The translations under genes and the position numbers were made by a program. A stretch of 64,000 nt of DNA from Candidatus Metalachnospira gallinarum (lineage in GTDB: Bacteria; Bacillota; Clostridia; Lachnospirales; Anaerotignaceae), in NCBI GenBank assembly GCA_904387325.1, contig CAJFLG010000007.1:4069-68068 (forward strand), in the 5' to 3' direction. Numbering within the stretch: position 1 is the first letter of the stretch; each line of letters starts with the position of its first letter. The notes under the pieces are model-generated. The model saw nothing but the letters and a program-made list of their open reading frames with translations, ran no database searches and was not told where the DNA came from. Shown one piece after another: positions 56,211 to 64,000 of the stretch.

Positions 56211-57845
56211 TCAAGCCTGACTTCTGAGTACGGTCTTCTGTATTTTTCCGCTTATGGTCTTTGGCATCTCGTTTACAAATTCCACTATTCTTACCCATTT
56301 GTACTCGGCAAGTTTCCTGTTGCAGAATTCCTTTATCTCCAGTTCAAGTTTCTTTGACGGCGAATATCCGCTTCCAAGGGTAACGACCGCCTTTATCGCC
56401 TGTCCCCTCAGTCTGTCCGGCACTCCTATAACGCTGCATTCCACAACTGCGGGGTGCTCCATAAGCACGTTCTCAACCTCGTAAGGTCCTACCCTGAATC
56501 CGCTTGTCTTTATTATATCGTCAAATCTTCCATGGAACCAGTATCTTCCGTCCTCGTCCATATAGGCCGCGTCTCCGGTGTGGTAAACGCCTCCGCGCCA
56601 TACATGCGCGTACTGCTTCTCATTGTCCAGATATGCGCAGAATATTCCTACCTGTTTTCCGCTTTCGGGGGGTATTATAACGACCTCGCCTATCTCTCCG
56701 ACGGCGGCTTTCTCTCCGTTTCTGTTTCTTATCTCTATATTGTAGAAAGGAGAAACCGTGCCCATTGAGCCTTCCACAGCCTTTTTCCCTTTGAAATTGG
56801 CCATAAGCAAAGTCGTCTCCGTCTGTCCGTAGCCCTCGCAAAGCTCAAGACCCGTGCTTTCGGTAAATTTCTTGAACACCTCGGGAGCGAGCATCTCACC
56901 CGCCGTTGTGGCGTGTTTGAGCGTAGGCATCTTAGGTATTCCCTTTCTTACAAGATAGCGGTAAACCGTAGGCGGAGCGCAGAATGAGGTCACTCCGTAA
57001 TGATTGATGACAGCCGTAAGCTGTTTGGGATCAAAGTTATCAAAATCAAACACCATAACCGCGCTTCCGACAAGCCACTGGCCGTACAGCTTGCCCCATG
57101 AAGCCTTTGCCCAGCCCGTCTCGGCCACGGTGAAATGAAGTCCTCCGTCCTCGGCTCTATGCCAGTATTTTGCCGTTACGATGTGAGCGAGGGGGTAGGT
57201 ATAATCATGTATTACTCCCTTGGGGTATCCCGTTGTCCCTGATGTAAAATACAATATCATCGGATCATCGGCTTTCGTCTGCACCCTTTGGAAATTTTCA
57301 TCCGCCTTTCTTGTGGCTTCAGTAAGATTCATATATCCTTCCGTGTCCTTCTGAACGCACCACTTTATAACGCTCATACCGGCGTCGGACAAAGCCGTGT
57401 CTATTTTCTGCGGTACTTCGTCCTGGGTCGTGCATATTACGGCTTTTACCTTCGCGGCTCTGAAGCGGTACACAAAATCGCTCACCGTAAGCATATGAGT
57501 GGCGGGTATCATTACAGCCCCTATTTTGTGAAGGGCTACGGCCGCGAACCAGTATTCATAATGCCTCTTTAATATGACCATTACCCTGTCGCCTTTTTCT
57601 ATTCCGGCATCCTTAAACACGTTCGCCATCTTATCGCTGTATTTTTTTATATCGGAAAACGTGAATATATGCTCCTCATTTTCCGTGTTGCACCAAACCA
57701 TAGCCTTTTTGTCCGGCGTTTCACCGGCTATGACGTCCACAACATCATAGCCGAAATTGAAGTTTTCGGGATAATCGAGCTCAATGCTTTTTAAAGCTCC
57801 GTTTTCGTCAATGGTCTCTTTGCAAAATTTCTGATAAATACTCAT
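56211..57845 (-). CDS. AMP-forming acyl-CoA (or acyl-ACP) synthetase, medium-chain type
   Basis: 544 aa. AMP-binding motif FTSGTTGYPKG, YGQTE, and GDAAYMDEDGRYWFHGRFDDIIK. Confidence 0.85.
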   Translation of the reverse strand: MSIYQKFCKETIDENGALKSIELDYPENFNFGYDVVDVIAGETPDKKAMVWCNTENEEHIFTFSDIKKYSDKMANVFKDAGIEKGDRVMVILKRHYEYWFAAVALHKIGAVMIPATHMLTVSDFVYRFRAAKVKAVICTTQDEVPQKIDTALSDAGMSVIKWCVQKDTEGYMNLTEATRKADENFQRVQTKADDPMILYFTSGTTGYPKGVIHDYTYPLAHIVTAKYWHRAEDGGLHFTVAETGWAKASWGKLYGQWLVGSAVMVFDFDNFDPKQLTAVINHYGVTSFCAPPTVYRYLVRKGIPKMPTLKHATTAGEMLAPEVFKKFTESTGLELCEGYGQTETTLLMANFKGKKAVEGSMGTVSPFYNIEIRNRNGEKAAVGEIGEVVIIPPESGKQVGIFCAYLDNEKQYAHVWRGGVYHTGDAAYMDEDGRYWFHGRFDDIIKTSGFRVGPYEVENVLMEHPAVVECSVIGVPDRLRGQAIKAVVTLGSGYSPSKKLELEIKEFCNRKLAEYKWVRIVEFVNEMPKTISGKIQKTVLRSQA

Positions 57846-57847
57846 AT

Positions 57848-58639
57848 TTACTCCTTAATTATCGCGTCTGCTCCTATACGGCGGAAACGGTCGTATCGCT
57901 TGCTCACAAGGTCAAGATCGTTTGTCAGCTCGCTCAGCTCTTCCGTAAGAAGGGTGCGTATACGATAATAAAATTCTTTTTTTCCGATATCCTTTTCAGA
58001 AAGGATACGCTCTATAACGCCAAGGCTTTTAGCGTCCTCAGCTGTCAGCTTAAGGCTTGCCGCTGCCGCGTCCGCCTTTGACGAGCTCTTCCAAAGGATG
58101 CTCGCGCAGCCCTCGGGAGAAATAACCGAGTATACGGAGTTCTGCAGCATCCATACACGATCGGCCACGGCAAGGGCAAGGGCTCCTCCGCTGCCGCCTT
58201 CTCCTATAAGTATGGATATTATAGGAACACAGAGGGTTGACATCTCCATAAGGTTCTCGGCAATAGCCTGACCCTGTCCCCTTTCCTCGGCTCCTATTCC
58301 GCAATATCCTCCGGACGTGTCAACAAAGCAGATGACCGGCCTTCCGAATTTTTCGGCCTGCTTCATAAGACGCAGAGCCTTGCGGTATCCCTCGGGATGG
58401 GGAGCGCCGAAGTTACGGTAGGTGCGTTCCTTTGCCGTGTGGCCCTTCTCTATGGCTATTACCGTCACGGGCATATTGTTAAGCCTCGCTATGCCGCCCA
58501 CAATGGCGTGGTCATCGGCGTAATTTCTGTCTCCGTGGAGCTCGATAAATCCCTTAAATATATTTCTTATATAGTCAACACCCGTCGGTCGGCTGTTGTC
58601 ACGGGCGAGTTTGACTCTCTCATAGGGTATTATGCTCAT
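57848..58639 (-). CDS. accA: Acetyl-CoA carboxylase carboxyltransferase subunit alpha
   Basis: 263 aa. RPTGVDYI...FVDTSGGYCGIGAEERGQ...GEGGSGGALA motifs. Confidence 0.9.
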   Translation of the reverse strand: MSIIPYERVKLARDNSRPTGVDYIRNIFKGFIELHGDRNYADDHAIVGGIARLNNMPVTVIAIEKGHTAKERTYRNFGAPHPEGYRKALRLMKQAEKFGRPVICFVDTSGGYCGIGAEERGQGQAIAENLMEMSTLCVPIISILIGEGGSGGALALAVADRVWMLQNSVYSVISPEGCASILWKSSSKADAAAASLKLTAEDAKSLGVIERILSEKDIGKKEFYYRIRTLLTEELSELTNDLDLVSKRYDRFRRIGADAIIKE

Positions 58640-59496
58640 ACGTTCATCCCTCCGTTATGCATCTTAAGAAGCTCCGTAAGGATCTTCTTCTGGTTAGAGC
58701 GGACGACTATGCTGTCTATAAATCCGTGCTCAAGAACGAACTCTGCCTTCTGGAATCCCTTTGGAAGCGATTTTCTTGTAGTCTGCTCAATAACCCTCGC
58801 TCCGGCAAATCCAACCGTCGCTCTCGGCTCGGAAAGTATTATGTCAGCCTCCATGGCGAAACTGGCTGTTACTCCTCCCGTGGTAGGGTCTGTCAAAACG
58901 CATATATAAAGCAGTCCCGCGTCGCTGTGTCTTTTGACCGCGGCGCTTGTTTTTGCCATCTGCATAAGGGAAAGAAGTCCCTCCTGCATACGCGCGCCTC
59001 CCGAAACGGTAAATCCGACTACAGGGAGACGGTGTTTTGTGGCATACTCAAAAATAAGCGTAATTTTTTCTCCGACCGCCGTTCCCATGCTGCCCATCAT
59101 AAAATACGATTCCATAACGAACAGACAGCAGCTCTGGCCGCCTATCTTGGCCGTTCCGCACACGACCGCCTCTTCCTCTCCGCTGGCGGCGCGAACCGTA
59201 TCTATTTTGTCTCTGTAGCCCGGAAAGTTAAGGGGATTGCCGGCTTTTACGTCTGAATACAGTTCGTGGAAGCTGTCTCTGTCGGCAATCATCTTTATTC
59301 TCTGGCGCGCTTTCATACGGAAATGGTATCCGCAGGCGCATACAAGATCGTTGGCCCAAAGGCGGCTGAGAGGTATGCTTTTGTGACAGCTCGGGCAGGT
59401 CTTTTCGGGCTCGCCGTCATCCCTCTGGAGGGGAGCGGCTGATCTTCCGCCTTCCTCGAGCTTATTTTTCGGTTTTAAAAAACTTATCAAAGCCAT
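58636..59496 (-). CDS. accD: Acetyl-CoA carboxylase carboxyltransferase subunit beta
   Basis: 286 aa. N-terminal Zn ribbon CPSC...CACGYH and the SGGARMQEG motif. Confidence 0.9.
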   Translation of the reverse strand: MALISFLKPKNKLEEGGRSAAPLQRDDGEPEKTCPSCHKSIPLSRLWANDLVCACGYHFRMKARQRIKMIADRDSFHELYSDVKAGNPLNFPGYRDKIDTVRAASGEEEAVVCGTAKIGGQSCCLFVMESYFMMGSMGTAVGEKITLIFEYATKHRLPVVGFTVSGGARMQEGLLSLMQMAKTSAAVKRHSDAGLLYICVLTDPTTGGVTASFAMEADIILSEPRATVGFAGARVIEQTTRKSLPKGFQKAEFVLEHGFIDSIVVRSNQKKILTELLKMHNGGMNV

Positions 59497-59500
59497 TCTA

Positions 59501-60808
59501 TCACCTGTTACTCATAAAAGTTAAATCATAGTTACCCGACGTGAATCTGTCGTCCTCCACGATATTGAGCTGCTCCTCTATGTTCGTGGGTATTCCCTCA
59601 ATAACAAGCTCACAGAGCGCCGCCTTTATTTTTCTTAAAGCCTCTTCCCTTGTTTTGGCGAAAACTATCAGCTTTCCAAGAAGGGAATCGTAATACGGCG
59701 ATACCATCGTGCCCTCGATAAGGCTCGTGTCAAATCTTACAGAAGGTCCTCCGGGCACATGGAGCATGGAAAGCGTTCCGCAGCTTGCCGCGTTTATTCT
59801 GCACTCTATGGCAGCGCCTTGGAGTTTTACGTCATCCTGCGTAAAATTAAGCGGAATGCCCGACGCGATACGGATCTGCCATTTTACTATGTCAAAGCCC
59901 GTGAGCATCTCGGTTACGCAATGCTCGACCTGCAGACGGACGTTCATTTCCATAAACCAGAAGTTTCCTTCCCTGTCAAGAAGGAATTCCAGCGTTCCGG
60001 CTCCGGTGTAGCCTATCTTTTTAACGGCCTCAACGGCCTGTTTTATTATATTTTTTCTCTTTTCGTCATTTACGGCCGGAGAAGGCGTTTCCTCTATGAG
60101 CTTCTGATTCCTTCTCTGGAGGGAACAGTCCCTGTCCCCAAGGCAGACCACGTTTCCCTGCTCGTCGGCAAGTATCTGAAGCTCAACATGTCTTGCGGGA
60201 TATATATATTTTTCGATATATACACTTCCGTCTCCAAAGGCGCTGACCGCCTCGCTGGTAGCCTGCATATAGGCTTCTTCCATATCGTCGGCGCTCATTA
60301 TGAGCCTTATGCCTCGTCCGCCGCCTCCGGCGCAGGCCTTGAGCATTACGGGATAGCCAATTTTATCCGCGGCCTTTACCGCTTCCTCAGCGGAGGATAC
60401 GGCCTTTGTTCCGGGAATCACCGAAAGTCCCGCGTTTCTCATAAGCTCCTTGAGCACGGCCTTATCGCTGAGTTCTTCCATACTTTTTGGATTTGGCCCG
60501 ATGAATACTATGCCGTTCTTTCCGCAAAGGCGGGCAAAATGCGCATTTTCCGAGAGGAAACCGTAGCCGGGGTGTATAGCCTGGGCTCCGGCCAATATGG
60601 CCGCGCTTATTATCTGATTTTCGTTTAAGTAGCTTTCCGAAGCCTCCGGTCCGCCTATGCAGTAGCTCTGGTCAGCCAAAGCCACATGCAGGGCGTTCCT
60701 ATCCGCCTCGGAGTATACCGCCACCGTGGATATGCCCATCTCCTTGCACGCTCTTATTATGCGCACGGCGATCTCGCCACGGTTGGCTACCAATATTTTT
60801 GAGAACAT
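59501..60808 (-). CDS. accC: Acetyl-CoA carboxylase biotin carboxylase subunit
   Basis: 435 aa. ILVANRGEIAVRIIRA, ATP-grasp GGGGRGIR, and EMNVRLQVEH. Confidence 0.95.
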   Translation of the reverse strand: MFSKILVANRGEIAVRIIRACKEMGISTVAVYSEADRNALHVALADQSYCIGGPEASESYLNENQIISAAILAGAQAIHPGYGFLSENAHFARLCGKNGIVFIGPNPKSMEELSDKAVLKELMRNAGLSVIPGTKAVSSAEEAVKAADKIGYPVMLKACAGGGGRGIRLIMSADDMEEAYMQATSEAVSAFGDGSVYIEKYIYPARHVELQILADEQGNVVCLGDRDCSLQRRNQKLIEETPSPAVNDEKRKNIIKQAVEAVKKIGYTGAGTLEFLLDREGNFWFMEMNVRLQVEHCVTEMLTGFDIVKWQIRIASGIPLNFTQDDVKLQGAAIECRINAASCGTLSMLHVPGGPSVRFDTSLIEGTMVSPYYDSLLGKLIVFAKTREEALRKIKAALCELVIEGIPTNIEEQLNIVEDDRFTSGNYDLTFMSNR

Positions 60809-60811
60809 ATA

Positions 60812-61228
60812 TCAATCACCTGTTATGCAGAATGAAAATTCGGCGGAAACGCAGAGCCTGTCGCCGACGGTTATCTTTCCCTCGGCAAAATAAAAGGGGT
60901 GCTTTGCCCTTTTGATATGGCACTGGGTCTCAACTATGTCGCCGGGCTTAACCGGCGAACGGAATTTTACATTATTAAGCCCCGTATATACAGGGAGCTT
61001 TCCTTCTGTCATTTTATCTTTCATCAAGACGCAGGCAGACTGCGCCAGTATCTCGCAGAGTATAACTCCGGGAACGATGGGATTTCCGGGGAAATGCCCT
61101 CTGAGGAAAAACTCGTCTCCGCGAACACTGTAATGTCCGACCGAAACGCCGTCCCTTTCTTCCACATCGTCCAGAAGGAGCATGTCGTCTCTGTGAGGAA
61201 GTATATTCATTATTTCTTCTCTGTTCAT
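60812..61228 (-). CDS. fabZ: 3-hydroxyacyl-ACP dehydratase
   Basis: ILPHRDDMLLLD...GHFPGNPIVPGVL motifs. AAGAGGT lies before the ATG at 61226-61228. The track ORF is over-extended to 61270. Confidence 0.9.
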   Translation of the reverse strand: MNREEIMNILPHRDDMLLLDDVEERDGVSVGHYSVRGDEFFLRGHFPGNPIVPGVILCEILAQSACVLMKDKMTEGKLPVYTGLNNVKFRSPVKPGDIVETQCHIKRAKHPFYFAEGKITVGDRLCVSAEFSFCITGD

Positions 61229-61232
61229 AATT

Positions 61233-61664
61233 TTACCTCTTGATGCGGAACAGCTCCGTGCCAAACTCAACTATGCTGCCGTTTGTAACGCAGATCTCGG
61301 ATATTACGCCGTCCTGATCGGCCGTTATCTCGTTCATCAGCTTCATGGCTTCTATAAGGCAGAGAGTCTGACCCTTTTTAACCTGATCGCCTACTTTAAC
61401 ATAGGGCTCGGCATTTTCAGCCGGAGCGGCGTAAAATACTCCTATTATAGGAGATTTAACGCTTATGAAGTCCGTATTTTCAATGGGCGCGGGAGCTGAA
61501 GCGGGTACGGCGGGAGCGGCGGGGGCGGCGTTTATCACCGCTGTCTGTGCGGGAGCGGCCATACGCTCAAGGCGTACTTTTTTGTTATCCTCCGTTATCT
61601 CCAGTCCGGTAAGTCCCAGTTCCTGCATCATTTCGGCATATTTTCTGATATCAGCTTCGTTCAT
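61233..61664 (-). CDS. accB: Biotin carboxyl carrier protein
   Basis: 143 aa. An Ala/Pro linker and the biotinylation motif IEAMKLMNEI. Confidence 0.9.
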   Translation of the reverse strand: MNEADIRKYAEMMQELGLTGLEITEDNKKVRLERMAAPAQTAVINAAPAAPAVPASAPAPIENTDFISVKSPIIGVFYAAPAENAEPYVKVGDQVKKGQTLCLIEAMKLMNEITADQDGVISEICVTNGSIVEFGTELFRIKR

Positions 61665-61667
61665 ATC

Positions 61668-62906
61668 TTACACCTTCCTAAAAGCGAGGCAGGCGTTATG
61701 TCCGCCAAAGCCAAGCGAATTTGACAGCGCCAGATCAATATCGGCTTTTACCGCCGTATTGGGCACGCAGTTAAGGTCGCACTCCTCATCCTGTTCCTTA
61801 AGATTGATCGTAGGAGGGATTACGCCTTCGTTAAGAGCAAAGAGGCAGGCAAGCGCTTCAATGGCTCCGGCGGCTCCAAGCATATGGCCTGTCATTGATT
61901 TTGTCGAGCTTACATAGGCTCTTCTTGCGGCTTCCTCGCCAAGGGCCTTCTTTATGGCTATGGTCTCTATGGAATCGTTTTTAGGCGTTCCTGTGCCATG
62001 CGCGTTTACATATACGGTATCATTCTCACTGTATCCGGCTTCTTTCATGGCATCCATCATAGCCTGAGCTCCTCCCCTTGCCTCGGGATGGGGAGCCGTC
62101 ATATGGAACGCGTCGCATGTCGAGCCGTAGCCGCATACCTCTCCGTAAATTTTTGCTCCGCGCGCCTTGGCATGCTCATATTCCTCAAGAATAAGAGCTA
62201 CAGCGCCCTCGCCGATCACGAATCCGGCTCTTCTCTTATCAAAGGGAAGTGATGCCTCGTTGGGGTCGTCGGCCGTTGAAAGCGCCTTCATATTGGCAAA
62301 TCCCGCAACGGCTGAAGCGCTGATCGCGGCTTCTGTTCCTCCGGTGATAACCGCGTCCGCATATCCGTGACGGATAAGCCTCATAGCCTCTCCTATGGCG
62401 TCTGAACCGGAAGCGCAGGCTGTAACGGCAGGCATTGCAGTTCCGCGGCAGTCATGATGTATGGCGATCATTCCGGCCGCCATATTGGCGATAAGCATGG
62501 GAATGAAAAGCGGCGAAACCCTGCGGGGTCCCTTTTCCATGAGCTTGCGGTACTCGCTTTCAAATGTGTTGATACCGCCTATTCCCGTACCGAAAAGCAC
62601 GGAAAAACGCTCGGGAACCACATTTCCCTTTATTCCGCTTTCCTCAACAGCCTGCTCAGCCGCTCCTATGGCAAGCTGAACATAACGATCCGTGCGGAGT
62701 ATCTCATTTACTTCCATATATTCTTTTGGATCAAAGCCCTTTACCTCAGCGGCAAGAGTCGCTTTATATCCTGTCGTGTCAAAGCATGTTATGGGAGCGA
62801 TGCCGTTTTTTCCGTTTTTAAGGCCCTCCCATGTCTCTTTTACATTATTTCCCACAGGTGTGATCGCACCGAGACCGGTAACGACTACTCTTCTGTTTTC
62901 ACTCAT
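61668..62906 (-). CDS. fabF: 3-oxoacyl-ACP synthase II
   Basis: 412 aa. RRVVVTGLGAITP, active-site ACASG, and the HGTGT and GHMLGAAG motifs. Confidence 0.95.
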   Translation of the reverse strand: MSENRRVVVTGLGAITPVGNNVKETWEGLKNGKNGIAPITCFDTTGYKATLAAEVKGFDPKEYMEVNEILRTDRYVQLAIGAAEQAVEESGIKGNVVPERFSVLFGTGIGGINTFESEYRKLMEKGPRRVSPLFIPMLIANMAAGMIAIHHDCRGTAMPAVTACASGSDAIGEAMRLIRHGYADAVITGGTEAAISASAVAGFANMKALSTADDPNEASLPFDKRRAGFVIGEGAVALILEEYEHAKARGAKIYGEVCGYGSTCDAFHMTAPHPEARGGAQAMMDAMKEAGYSENDTVYVNAHGTGTPKNDSIETIAIKKALGEEAARRAYVSSTKSMTGHMLGAAGAIEALACLFALNEGVIPPTINLKEQDEECDLNCVPNTAVKADIDLALSNSLGFGGHNACLAFRKV

Positions 62907-62918
62907 AATCTATTCTCC

Positions 62919-63650
62919 TTACATAGCGATGCCGCCGTCAACACGGAGCACCTCTCCAGTTACATATTTTGCCATTGCTAGATAACCGGCCGCCTCGGCC
63001 ACATCCTCCGTCTCTCCCATTCTTCCGAGAGGGATCATTTTAAGCAGGGGATTTTCGGTCTGGTTCTCGGTCATATCCGTCGCGATAAATCCGGGGGCTA
63101 TGGCGTTGCACCTTATCCCCTTGGGAGCGAGTTCCTTTGCGATCGTTTTTGTAAGTCCGATAAGTCCGGCCTTGGACGCGGAATAGTTGCACTGTCCGGC
63201 GTTACCCATTATTCCGGCTACGGATGTGATATTGATTATACAGCCTTCCTTATTTCTTATGAAAAGTCCGGCGGTATGGCGGATCATATTGAACGCGCCC
63301 TTAAGATTTACGGCTATGACTCTGTCAAAATCTTCTTCCTTCATCATCGCCGCAAGTCCGTCCCTTGTTATTCCGGCGTTGTTAACCAAAATGTGTACAG
63401 TTCCAAAGTCGGCCTTTATCTGCGCTACCGTTTCCTTTACCTCATTAAAATCGGAAACATCGCATCTGTAAGCCTTAACTCTTACTTTATACTCGTCCCT
63501 GCATTTTGAGCATACGCCTTCGGCCGAGGAAACATCGCTGGAACATATTACGGCTATATCGGCTCCCATGGATGCCAGCTTTATGGCTATGGCCTCTCCG
63601 AGCCCTCTTGAGCCTCCGGTTACAACTGCTACCTTTCCTTCTAACATCAT
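62919..63650 (-). CDS. fabG: 3-oxoacyl-ACP reductase
   Basis: 243 aa SDR. TGGSRGLG, NNAG, and YSASKAG. Confidence 0.95.
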   Translation of the reverse strand: MMLEGKVAVVTGGSRGLGEAIAIKLASMGADIAVICSSDVSSAEGVCSKCRDEYKVRVKAYRCDVSDFNEVKETVAQIKADFGTVHILVNNAGITRDGLAAMMKEEDFDRVIAVNLKGAFNMIRHTAGLFIRNKEGCIINITSVAGIMGNAGQCNYSASKAGLIGLTKTIAKELAPKGIRCNAIAPGFIATDMTENQTENPLLKMIPLGRMGETEDVAEAAGYLAMAKYVTGEVLRVDGGIAM

Positions 63651-64000
63651 TCGACCTCCGATAAATACTCTTCAACAGTCTGCGCTTTAACGTCTGCGCT
63701 TATCTTCTTTATCATATTTGTAAGCGTCCTTCCGGGTCCGATCTCAATAAATGTGTCGAATCCGTCCGCTATCATATTTCTGACTATTTTTTCCCAAAGC
63801 ACGGGGGAGCATATCTGTTTTGACAGAAGTTCAGCCACATCGTCCGTATACGGCATTGAAGTAAGATCGGAATAGAGCGTTATATTGCCCTTATTGATCT
63901 TCGCGTTCTCAAGTTCAACCCTGAATGCCTCAGACGCCGCGTTCATAAACGGTGAATGGAAAGCTCCCTTGAGCTTAAGCGGAAGAGCCCTTCCTCCGGC
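63647..64000 (-). CDS. fabD: Malonyl-CoA:ACP transacylase, partial (C-terminal part; N-terminus lies outside the window)
   Basis: The reading frame is open to the window edge. The C-terminal sequence ...VLWEKIVRNMIADGFDTFIEIGPGRTLTNMIKK is typical of FabD. Overlaps the fabG start. Confidence 0.9.
   Translation of the reverse strand, partial: AGGRALPLKLKGAFHSPFMNAASEAFRVELENAKINKGNITLYSDLTSMPYTDDVAELLSKQICSPVLWEKIVRNMIADGFDTFIEIGPGRTLTNMIKKISADVKAQTVEEYLSEVE

Noticed and set aside
57848-58639. AccA appears short (263 aa), so possible truncation.
   Set aside because: The carboxyltransferase core motifs are intact, and the gene is translationally coupled to accD. Short AccA forms without the N-terminal helix occur in Clostridia. 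No frameshift was seen.

Overview
The gene content and gene order point to a chromosomal segment from a spore-forming Firmicute of class Clostridia. Supporting genes are an alpha/beta-type SASP, bcd-etfB, hemZ-hisS and a fab/acc cluster. The organism cannot be named from sequence alone. About 85% of the window is coding, mostly on the minus strand, and most of it is housekeeping. In order, the minus-strand blocks are:
- etfB (partial) and bcd
- thpR, tkt and tal
- a molybdate uptake and Moco cluster (moaC, MOSC, MoeA-like, modABC, MogA/MoaB)
- a complete pyrimidine operon (pyrC-K-D-F-E-B-I)
- relA-dtd, then hemZ-hisS with a CoA-transferase and a 2-hydroxyacid dehydrogenase
- HxlR with an enoate reductase
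- an Fe-ADH and ilvE
- fabD(partial)-fabG-fabF-accB-fabZ-accC-accD-accA, an acyl-CoA synthetase and acpS

Plus-strand genes include the SASP, a CDF transporter, mtnN, VanW, a TtcA-like protein, a tyrosine recombinase, a Nudix hydrolase, fetAB and a split chrA. No rRNA, tRNA, CRISPR array or intact IS element was seen.

The only clearly accessory region is about 35.4-43.2 kb. It holds a BlaI/BlaR1-type repressor and sensor-protease pair whose sensor lacks a penicillin-binding domain. This pair is followed by an operon of secreted proteins and lipoproteins of unknown function. One of these has a PPC domain plus a clan-CD-like His-Gly / Ala-Cys module.

An 11-nt operator core (TACTCGGTACA) is shared between the blaI promoter and a consensus promoter in front of the secreted-protein operon. 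This is my best candidate for an undescribed regulated system.

Other non-coding oddities:
- a roughly 270-bp hairpin-dense insert bracketed by a duplicated terminator (20.0-20.3 kb), containing a perfect 32-bp tandem duplication
- a 39-bp element duplicated exactly 160 bp apart, each copy supplying a TTGAAA-17-GATAAT promoter (38.2-38.5 kb)
- an unannotated 46-codon hydrophobic ORF with its own promoter, RBS and terminator (48.3-48.5 kb)

All functional calls come from motif and family recognition by eye. No database search was run.
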